From Candidatus Auribacterota bacterium (GTDB taxonomy: Bacteria > Auribacterota > UBA6266), in assembly GCA_023136205.1 (NCBI GenBank), contig JAGLRQ010000036.1:1-10447 (forward strand): a stretch of 10,447 nt of DNA. The letters are read 5' to 3'. This document shows, piece after piece, positions 1 to 6,767 of this stretch. The translations under genes and the position numbers were made by a program. The first letter of the stretch is position 1. Each line of letters starts with the position of its first letter. Under the pieces are notes generated by a model. The model made no database searches and was not told the DNA's origin. It saw only the letters and a program-made list of their open reading frames with translations.

Positions 1-662
1 AGGGATACCAGCCGCCTGGAATCACCAAAATTTAGAAAAAACATCCCTCCGGGCCGCAGATGCCTGCGTATATTGGCAAAAACCCGGGAAGGGTTTACAA
101 TATTTGACAGAGTAGCATAACAGGTAATTGCGTCAAAAGTTTTCGTAAAAGGCCAATCCCCTTCAAAATCCGCCCGTAAAACATCAACTCCGTAAGTTTC
201 ACGCCCCAATGCAATCATAGCATCGCTGATATCTATGCCGGAAGCCCTGTATCCGGACTGTGAAAGAGCGTTAACAAACAAACCATCCGAACAGCCTAAA
301 TCCAGAATACGGGCATTACAGGACAAATGCGGGGCCATCCATTTAACGCGTATTTCCGCGGTGCGCCTGCGTATATCTTTTTCACCAAGATACGAGTAAT
401 AATTAAGCATTGTAGAATCGGTTGGCCCTTTAGTCTTATGAGACCAGTATTCCAATGTTTCATAAAGATGTTCAAGGCTTTCTTTGTCCAAGACAGGATC
501 CTGATAAACCAGCCCGCAGGACAGGCAACGGACAAAACAAAATTCTTTACCAAGAAAAGGAACCGAATAAAGCGGTTTGCTCTCCCGGCTTCCGCACAAA
601 TCACACCTCTTAACAACGAATTTTAATTTTGACAGATCAAGCGGATTGAATTTTTCACTCAT
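1..662 (-). CDS. Class I SAM-dependent methyltransferase with N-terminal CxxC...CxxC zinc ribbon (3' end lies beyond the left window edge)
   Basis: Not in the ORF track because the frame reaches position 1 without a stop. The ATG at 662..660 overlaps the upstream TGA (661..659) as ATGA. I translated the frame by hand with no stops: MSEKFNPLDLSKLKFVVKRCDLCGSRESKPLYSVPFLGKEFCFVRCLSCGLVYQDP...NARILDLGCSDGLFVNALSQSGYRASGIDISDAMIALGRE...FDAITCYATLSNIVNPSRVFANIRRHLRPGGMFFLNFGD. The Zn-ribbon cysteines lie at 516..605. SAM motif I (ILDLGCSDG) is at 282..308, followed by GIDIS and LRPGGMFF, typical of the class I fold. Confidence 0.8.
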   Translation of the reverse strand, partial: MSEKFNPLDLSKLKFVVKRCDLCGSRESKPLYSVPFLGKEFCFVRCLSCGLVYQDPVLDKESLEHLYETLEYWSHKTKGPTDSTMLNYYSYLGEKDIRRRTAEIRVKWMAPHLSCNARILDLGCSDGLFVNALSQSGYRASGIDISDAMIALGRETYGVDVLRADFEGDWPFTKTFDAITCYATLSNIVNPSRVFANIRRHLRPGGMFFLNFGDSRRLVS

Positions 663-2362
663 TCAGAACAAGCCTCATTGAATTTATTACACTGCCATCC
701 ACAGGCTGTTTTTTCACCCAGAATACCGTCTTGAGGCAGTTGGAAAGGGCCATCCGGAACAACATTAAACTTTTTGCGTTTTTTAAATATATACAGATGG
801 TAATTTTTATCAAAACGTTTTCTGAACCACCACCAGTAATTCTTAACATAAGTGGTGGCATCTTTATCCCTTACAGCAATCATCACATCAAGAATTGAAA
901 TAAAAAACCTGAAGGGAAGCATCCAGAAAATCCTGTAAAACTTCATTTTCAACATAAGCCTCTTTGCCCATGGAGGTAAAAAACTCATCAATCTAAGCAT
1001 CCCGCGATAACCGTTTAGAAGACGTAAACGCTCGGGATCCGTTATTATAGAACCCCCTGTCATATAATTATCATGCAATCCGGCATTAAGCCTTTCTATT
1101 TCGCAATCATCCAATTCACCGCCCCTGACACCATGTTCAATGAGGACAGTAGCAGGCATATACTGAATTATAAAAGGGGCAATCCGATAACAATGACGCA
1201 AAGGAATTAAAAATTCCGCAAAACCCATCAACTCTTTTTTAAGAGATTCCAATACCTCTTCTTCCGATAAAGGAACAGGATTTCCCTTCTCCGTATGCTT
1301 TGGTAAACGCGGAAGTCCAAGAATATAATCATAGGCATAAGGCTGGCCAACTTTCTCCAGAATTTCTGTTGCCCTGTAAATATCCTCATTTGAATCAATA
1401 CGATTGAGAATTTTATTTCTGATTTCTTCATTCCAGCATTCAATCCCGATTTGAATAGCAAAACATCCGGCTTCTTTCATGGCTCGAACAGAAGCTTCAG
1501 TAACCAAAAGAGGATGGCTGAAACAACGGAAGGGAAGATTAATTTCCTCTTTGTAACGGGAGAAAAATTCGACTGTCCATTTTTCACTGGCAGACATCAC
1601 CGGCTGACGAAAATCTATCCACGAACATTTATATTTAATAATGTGGGCCTTTATTTCCTCTATAAGCGAATTAACAGAACGTTCCCGAAGCCTGGGGCCT
1701 TTTAATCTTTCAGCTTCCTCCCCTAAAAATGAAAGAGAACAATATGTGCACTTATAAGGACATCCCCTGGACGGACACGCGAGATAAGAATATTTTATCG
1801 GGACGTGCGGTGCAAATAATTCTTTATCTATAACAGGAAGGCTGTCAATATCTTTTATTAAAGGACGCATCTTATTCTTAATTAAAGTTCCATTTTCAAT
1901 CCGGAACCAGAGATTTTCAATGCTATAATCTATTTTCCCGGCATCTATGCTGTCAGCCAGCTCTAAGAGAGGATATTCTCCTTCCCCGAGACAGATTATA
2001 TCCACGGTAGGATCATCAGAAAATAGAACTTCATTTGGAGCAGAATGGGGATGTATCCCCCCAAAAATAACGGGGACGCGATAATATTTCTTTAATTCTT
2101 TCGCAAGATTCTTCATTTCCTGATACTGAATTGTCTGAACGTGGAACCCGACAAGGTCCGGCTCCAACTCAATAATACGTTGAAGCACCAGATCTTTTTG
2201 GCCGAACAATTTAGCCAGGAAATCAATTTTCAAATAATTCTTATCATCAAACAATGCCTGGTCATAAACAAGGTGAACCTCATGTCCATGTTCCTTAAGC
2301 ATTGCGGAAAGCGCCTGTAAAGCAATGTTTTCCCACCCTATCGCGACTAACACACATTTCAT
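659..2362 (-). CDS. Cobalamin (B12)-binding-domain radical SAM enzyme (class B rSAM), divergent paralog, probable methyltransferase or other C-H functionalising enzyme
   Basis: 567-aa ORF with an ATG at 2362..2360 in an ATGA overlap with the upstream GT2 stop. The N-terminal flavodoxin-like B12-domain pattern reads MKCVLVAIGWENIALQALSAMLKEHGHEVHLVYD...VIFGGIHPHSAPNEVL...IICLGEGEYPLLEL. The radical SAM CX3CX2C motif (CPYKCTYC) is at 1739..1762. The C-terminal tail is hydrophobic and basic. Confidence 0.85.
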   Translation of the reverse strand: MKCVLVAIGWENIALQALSAMLKEHGHEVHLVYDQALFDDKNYLKIDFLAKLFGQKDLVLQRIIELEPDLVGFHVQTIQYQEMKNLAKELKKYYRVPVIFGGIHPHSAPNEVLFSDDPTVDIICLGEGEYPLLELADSIDAGKIDYSIENLWFRIENGTLIKNKMRPLIKDIDSLPVIDKELFAPHVPIKYSYLACPSRGCPYKCTYCSLSFLGEEAERLKGPRLRERSVNSLIEEIKAHIIKYKCSWIDFRQPVMSASEKWTVEFFSRYKEEINLPFRCFSHPLLVTEASVRAMKEAGCFAIQIGIECWNEEIRNKILNRIDSNEDIYRATEILEKVGQPYAYDYILGLPRLPKHTEKGNPVPLSEEEVLESLKKELMGFAEFLIPLRHCYRIAPFIIQYMPATVLIEHGVRGGELDDCEIERLNAGLHDNYMTGGSIITDPERLRLLNGYRGMLRLMSFLPPWAKRLMLKMKFYRIFWMLPFRFFISILDVMIAVRDKDATTYVKNYWWWFRKRFDKNYHLYIFKKRKKFNVVPDGPFQLPQDGILGEKTACGWQCNKFNEACSE

Positions 2363-3084
2363 AGTTTTTTATTTTTCTCCCTGATTTCCCAAAAAAACTT
2401 TAGCATGTCATATATAGTCCGCGCTATAACAGAAAAACGAGTGTTAGTTGCCCTGCCATACATACGTCTTTTCATTCTCGCGGGCACTTCCGCGATAATC
2501 AATCCTTGCCTTCGCGCTTTAACCAGAATTTCAACGAGATAAAAAAACCTTGAATTGTCAAATCGGATTGTACCCGAAGAAAACAAATTTCGCCGATAAA
2601 CCTGAATCCAGTTTACATCCGTCAACCCAATATTAAACAGCAATGGAATCAGGATCCTATTATAAACAAACGATGCAAAGCGGGCAAAACCGCTATATCC
2701 AAGCCGTTCAACCCTGTACCCCACCACAATGTCACACACATCCATTCTGGGCAGATAAGCTTCCATATCTTCAATATCCAGAGGGTTATCAACAGGCACA
2801 AACATTACATATTTTTTGCCCGCGTGAGCAATTCCTGTTCGAAAGGCTCCGCCGCTGCCCTGATTAGTCCCATGATGAAAACAATAAATATTCGGGTAAC
2901 AACTTGCAATGCTATCGGCAATTTGCCCTGTTTTGTCCGTACTGCTGTCATCAACAATAATCATTTCAAAATCAAGATTTAATGACTGAAAAGTTTTCAT
3001 GGTATGCAAAACTGCATTTTCCAGAATTTTCTCTTCGTTATGCGCAGGTATCACAACTGAAACACTGTATCGGGAATTAGTCAT
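2359..3084 (-). CDS. Glycosyltransferase family 2 (GT-A fold), soluble DPM1-like type without a C-terminal TM hairpin
   Basis: GT2 signatures: VSVVIPAHNEEKILENAV and MIIVDDSSTDKTGQIA. I place the start at ATG 3084..3082 (MTNSRYSV...), preceded by AGGAGA at 3094..3089 and overlapping the upstream stop as ATGACTAA. The ORF-track start at 3108 is a TTG with no Shine-Dalgarno (SD) sequence. Confidence 0.85.
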   Translation of the reverse strand: MTNSRYSVSVVIPAHNEEKILENAVLHTMKTFQSLNLDFEMIIVDDSSTDKTGQIADSIASCYPNIYCFHHGTNQGSGGAFRTGIAHAGKKYVMFVPVDNPLDIEDMEAYLPRMDVCDIVVGYRVERLGYSGFARFASFVYNRILIPLLFNIGLTDVNWIQVYRRNLFSSGTIRFDNSRFFYLVEILVKARRQGLIIAEVPARMKRRMYGRATNTRFSVIARTIYDMLKFFWEIREKNKKL

Positions 3085-4183
3085 AAAATCTCCTAACTGC
3101 TCCAGCAACAGTATCGATTTGTTTATCGGTAATCTCCGGAAACATTGGAAGAGAAATTATTTTTTCTGACAGCTGTTCCGCCACAGGGCAGCTGCCTTTT
3201 TTATATCCGAGCGATGTAAAAGCCCGATGGAGATGGATAGGGACAGGATAATGGACTCCGCATCCTATATCCTGTTTAGTCAAATAATCTAAAAGCTCAT
3301 CACGCCGTTCGCATGTAAGGACAAAAAGGTGGAAAACGTGTCTGGAAATATTATCAAAGTCCAACACCGGCAGATGCAGGCCGTTTATATTTTTAAGTTT
3401 TTCGGTATAGCGGCGGGCCGCGTAAAACCGCTTTTTGTTCCATTCATCGAGAAACTTAATCTTAATATTTAAGATCGCTGCCTGCAGGGAATCCAGACGG
3501 CTGTTCGTCCCAGGAAATTCGTGTATATATTTTTTAATAGAACCGTAATTACGAAGCAACCTTAGTTTTTCCGCGACAGAATGGTCTTCAGTTACTATCA
3601 TTCCACCGTCCCCAAACGCTCCAAGATTTTTACCGGGATAAAAACTGAAACATCCAACAGCCCCAAAACTGCCCACGCGCCGGCCTTCCCACATAGCTCC
3701 ATGCGCCTGACACGCATCCTCAATAAGAATAAGATTGTGTTTTCGCGAGAATGCTGTTACAGCATCCATATCCATACTCCGGCCATAAAGATGCACCGGT
3801 AAAATTGCTTTTGTCCGGCCGGTAAGACGGCTGGAAGCATCAGTCAGATCCATAAGAAACGATTCAGGATTAACATCAACAGGAACCGGAATAGAGCCCA
3901 GGTCATAAACACTAAGAGCTGTAGCGATAAATGTATTTGCCGGAACCAGAACTTCATCGCCGGGGCCGATGCCGAGAGCCTGACACGCAAGACGTAAAGC
4001 ATCCGTTCCGCTGGCCACTCCAACCGCCTCTTTTACTCCAAGGTACGCGCAAAATCGTTTTTCAAAACGCTGCACTTCAGGGCCAAGGACAAACATTCCC
4101 GAAGAGCAAACATCTTCAAAAGCTTTTTTAAATTCTTTTCTATAAAGGGTGTATTGCTGCACAACATCAACAAAAGGTATCAT
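3077..4183 (-). CDS. DegT/DnrJ/EryC1/StrS-family PLP-dependent nucleotide-sugar aminotransferase
   Basis: 368 aa. Family hallmarks: MIPFVDVVQQY...FVLGPEVQRFEKRF...GVASGTDALRLACQALGIGPGDEVLVPANTFIATA...IEDACQAHGA...SFYPGKNLGAFGDGGMIVT. The candidate PLP lysine K185 is encoded at 3629..3631. Further hallmarks are NSRLDSLQAAIL and SLPMFPEITD. The ATG at 4183 is preceded by AAGGA at 4196..4192. Confidence 0.9.
   Translation of the reverse strand: MIPFVDVVQQYTLYRKEFKKAFEDVCSSGMFVLGPEVQRFEKRFCAYLGVKEAVGVASGTDALRLACQALGIGPGDEVLVPANTFIATALSVYDLGSIPVPVDVNPESFLMDLTDASSRLTGRTKAILPVHLYGRSMDMDAVTAFSRKHNLILIEDACQAHGAMWEGRRVGSFGAVGCFSFYPGKNLGAFGDGGMIVTEDHSVAEKLRLLRNYGSIKKYIHEFPGTNSRLDSLQAAILNIKIKFLDEWNKKRFYAARRYTEKLKNINGLHLPVLDFDNISRHVFHLFVLTCERRDELLDYLTKQDIGCGVHYPVPIHLHRAFTSLGYKKGSCPVAEQLSEKIISLPMFPEITDKQIDTVAGAVRRFYD
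3089..3094 (-). promoter_or_regulatory. Shine-Dalgarno (AGGAGA) for the soluble GT2, embedded in the 3' end of the aminotransferase gene
   Basis: The minus strand reads AGGAGATTTTATGACTAA. The SD, the start codon and the upstream stop all fall within 18 nt. Confidence 0.55.
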
Positions 4184-4191
4184 ATTGCCTA

Positions 4192-4196
4192 TCCTT
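4192..4196 (-). promoter_or_regulatory. Shine-Dalgarno-like AAGGA for the aminotransferase, overlapping the oxidoreductase stop codon
   Basis: The minus strand reads TTAAGGATAGGCAATATG, with 8 nt between the SD and ATG 4183. Confidence 0.4.
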
Positions 4197-5208
4197 AATT
4201 TATATTCTGCGGTATCCCTCCAGCCCGCATGGATTTATGAGCCGCAACAAGTGTCCGAGTAACGCCGAGGTCAAATCCTCCATCTACAATGTTTTCTTCA
4301 TTATCCAAAACCAGCCTTACAAAAGCGTCGCTCATCTGACTAACCGGTTCACGCATATCAACTTTTGGGCTAATAATATCTCCATCCCGCAGTAAAAAAC
4401 GAAAATTGCCAAAATCAGGCTCAACAGAATCAGAAATACAAATCCCCTTTTCAAAAAGGCGCACCGGTTCCAGATTATTCAAGTCGTTAAATACCGCCCT
4501 GGCCTTACTGCCGATAACATGTACCCGCCGCTCCTTATTTGAATCAACCCAGCTTACATGAATCTGGCCAACTATACCTCCGGGATAAAAAAGTGTTATA
4601 AAAGCAATGTCCGCCTGGTCAAAACCTAAAGGACTTGCTGATACGGCGGAAACTTTCTCCGGAACAGCGTTTAAGAGATAATTCATAATAGAAACATCAT
4701 GAGGGGCAAGGTCCCACGCGACGCTAACATCTTTACGAACAAGCCCCATGTGCGTTCGCATTGCTGTCAAATAATACAATTTCCCAAGTCTTTCCGAGTC
4801 AATTAACTCTTTAAGTTTCCTAACAGCGTTGTTAAAAAGAAAGGTATATCCAACCATTAGCTTACACCCTGATGACTTAGCAATAGCACACAGTTCCTCA
4901 CATTTCGCCCCATCCAAAGCAAGCGGTTTCTCGCTAAAAACATGCTTACCCGCTAGAAGAGCTTTCTTTACCAAATCATAATGGGTTGACGCGGGAGTAA
5001 TAATTGCCACCGAATCAATATCAGAGGCATTTACAACCAGAGATGCATCGGTAACACATTTACATTCTTTGGGAAGTAATCCTTTCACTCCTTTAAATGA
5101 AGATTCCAAAACATCACAGACATATTTGAGATTTACCCTGGGATGCCCGACAAAATTTCGAACAATATTCGGGCCCCAGTGGCCAAGTCCTATAATTCCT
5201 ATGTTCAT
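4195..5208 (-). CDS. Gfo/Idh/MocA-family NAD(P)-dependent oxidoreductase, probable nucleotide-sugar dehydrogenase (WbpB/GnnA-like role inferred)
   Basis: The Rossmann N-terminus is MNIGIIGLGHWGPNIVRNF. The family EKP motif (VFSEKPLA) and DLAPHD are present. The ORF-track start at 5232 is a TTG. GGAGG at 5219..5215 sits 3 nt before ATG 5211 and 6 nt before ATG 5208, so I prefer 5208, with 5211 possible. Confidence 0.85.
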   Translation of the reverse strand: MNIGIIGLGHWGPNIVRNFVGHPRVNLKYVCDVLESSFKGVKGLLPKECKCVTDASLVVNASDIDSVAIITPASTHYDLVKKALLAGKHVFSEKPLALDGAKCEELCAIAKSSGCKLMVGYTFLFNNAVRKLKELIDSERLGKLYYLTAMRTHMGLVRKDVSVAWDLAPHDVSIMNYLLNAVPEKVSAVSASPLGFDQADIAFITLFYPGGIVGQIHVSWVDSNKERRVHVIGSKARAVFNDLNNLEPVRLFEKGICISDSVEPDFGNFRFLLRDGDIISPKVDMREPVSQMSDAFVRLVLDNEENIVDGGFDLGVTRTLVAAHKSMRAGGIPQNIN

Positions 5209-5214
5209 CATTTT

Positions 5215-5219
5215 CCTCC
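5215..5219 (-). promoter_or_regulatory. Shine-Dalgarno (GGAGG) for the oxidoreductase gene
   Basis: The minus strand reads TTGGAGGAAAATGATGAAC. This is the strongest SD in the window and lies in the only gap longer than 21 bp. Confidence 0.6.
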
Positions 5220-5240
5220 AAAACGTATTCAAAATCTTTT

Positions 5241-6767
5241 TTAACTCATCCTGAATATCTTTATAAATTCCCTCATCGATATAGAGGTTTTTCTCTTCAG
5301 CAGAACATTAAAAAATAACTCACCGAATTTAACGAGCATTATAACAAATAAAACAATAAGCGCGGGCATCTTTTTAAGAAAACCAAATATTTTTCTGCCG
5401 GGGTTAAACCACCTCATGCCTGTATCGGGCCTGGTAAATATCTTCTTAATTCTGTTAATATCAAAATAAAACGCAAAATAACTAAATAAAATATCCATTC
5501 TTAATTCTTCTTCAGAACTTCCAATCGGGACATATGAAAAGGGTATTTTTTTAAAAGGATTTTCAATAAAGGCCGATACCGAGTTGAAATTTTCGTATAG
5601 CCCCCGCACATTTAACCTGTTTTCTCTTTTTGCAATCTCATAGAGCTCGGTTCCGGGATATGGTGTCGCATTATTAAACCTCACCATATCCAATTTCAAT
5701 ACCTTGCTCATTTTTGCACAATTAAGTCTCTCTTCGTGAGTTTCACCCGGGATACCATACATAAATACGGCACTGATATGAAACCCAATCTGTCCGGCTC
5801 CCTTGGCGGCTTCGACACATTGTTTAACAGTTTCACTTTTCTGAAGAACCTTCATCATTCTCTCAGATGCTGTTTCTAAACCCAAGGAAAGATTTTTAAA
5901 ACCAGTGTTATATAAAGCTTCAAACAGTTTATAATCAAAACTATCCGCTCTTGCCTGAAAAGAAAAAGTCATCTTTTTATCAAACCCTCTTTTCTTAAGT
6001 TCTTCCAGAAGAATATATATTCTCTCTTTATTAACCAGAAAATTATCATCAAGAAAAAGAATATGATTCTGGTGATACTTATTATGTAAGATATCCAGTT
6101 CATTAACTACAGATTCAACCGATCTAAACCTGTATCTTTTTCCGGTTATAAGCCTGTTGCTGCAAAAAATACAGTCAAAAGGGCATCCCCGCGAAGTTAC
6201 TATAGAACCAAGGTCATATCTTGCAGGGTTAAAAAGATGGAATGGAAAGGGCGGTAATTCATTAAGATTTTCTATAAAAGGCGCATCCCTGTTATGAATA
6301 ACCCGGCCGTTTCGCCTATAAGAAAGCCCATCTAAATGGAAAAAATCCTTTCTCCCTTTTACAAGCCCGTATAATTCGGGCAAAGTTTTCTCTCCTTCAC
6401 CCCTAATGACAACATCAATATGGCCATAAGACAAAACTTCCTCCGGCACAGCCGTCGGATGAATTCCCCCGAAACAAATCACAGAATCAGGATAAAGTTC
6501 TTTTACCCTCTTTGAAGTCAGCACAGCGGTTTTAAAGGCTGCCGTTAAAACACTAAATCCAAAAATATAAGGGGGTTCTGTCTCTTTTATATATTTTTCT
6601 ATCAGCCCAAGAGTATTACTTTCGACATGCTCATCTATAAACCTGGCCTTAATTTTCTTGTTTTCGGTAACAGCCAGAAGAGATCCAATCCCTATCGGCA
6701 GATTAGTGCGCGAAAAGGGCTGAAATATCTTCAAAGTATCTTTTGGTGAGGAATTAATTAATATCAT
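5241..6767 (-). CDS. Cobalamin (B12)-binding-domain radical SAM enzyme (class B rSAM), canonical-looking paralog
   Basis: 508 aa. B12-domain pattern: LPIGIGSLLAVTENKKIKARFIDE...VICFGGIHPTAVPEEVL...VVIRGEGEKTLPEL. The CX3CX2C motif (CPFDCIFC) is at 6162..6185. Core rSAM motifs are SLGLETASERMMKVLQK and MYGIPGETHEE. A C-terminal hydrophobic segment (KMPALIVLFVIMLVKFGELFFNVLL) is at 5298..5372. The ATG at 6767 overlaps the upstream gene by 14 bp. Confidence 0.9.
   Translation of the reverse strand: MILINSSPKDTLKIFQPFSRTNLPIGIGSLLAVTENKKIKARFIDEHVESNTLGLIEKYIKETEPPYIFGFSVLTAAFKTAVLTSKRVKELYPDSVICFGGIHPTAVPEEVLSYGHIDVVIRGEGEKTLPELYGLVKGRKDFFHLDGLSYRRNGRVIHNRDAPFIENLNELPPFPFHLFNPARYDLGSIVTSRGCPFDCIFCSNRLITGKRYRFRSVESVVNELDILHNKYHQNHILFLDDNFLVNKERIYILLEELKKRGFDKKMTFSFQARADSFDYKLFEALYNTGFKNLSLGLETASERMMKVLQKSETVKQCVEAAKGAGQIGFHISAVFMYGIPGETHEERLNCAKMSKVLKLDMVRFNNATPYPGTELYEIAKRENRLNVRGLYENFNSVSAFIENPFKKIPFSYVPIGSSEEELRMDILFSYFAFYFDINRIKKIFTRPDTGMRWFNPGRKIFGFLKKMPALIVLFVIMLVKFGELFFNVLLKRKTSISMREFIKIFRMS

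Noticed and set aside
296-626. ORF-track entries 296..616(-) and 327..626(+), 106 and 99 aa
   Set aside because: Both lie entirely inside the edge-truncated methyltransferase gene (1..662, a different minus-strand frame), which has clear Zn-ribbon and SAM motifs. Their translations have no recognisable motifs, so they are frame shadows.
5209-5240. Cobalamin riboswitch, promoter or terminator in the intergenic gaps (5209..5240, 9938..9958, 4184..4194)
   Set aside because: The gaps are 11-32 nt, far too short for a riboswitch. I found no stem-loop followed by a T-tract and no convincing -35/-10 pair. They contain only SD sequences.
659-6767. RiPP or natural-product cluster interpretation (B12-rSAM enzymes plus a methyltransferase are typical RiPP tailoring enzymes)
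   Set aside because: I looked for a small precursor-peptide ORF, a protease or an ABC exporter. There is essentially no non-coding space and no plausible short ORF in a free frame. Every neighbour is a sugar or lipid-carrier enzyme, so the glycan context is the better explanation. A precursor outside the window cannot be excluded.
6751-6767. Palindromic TTAATTAA at the junction of the polytopic and rSAM genes
   Set aside because: It is explained by the overlapping coding sequences (AAT TAA stop in one frame, ATA TTA ATT AAT in the other), with no flanking symmetry to suggest an operator.
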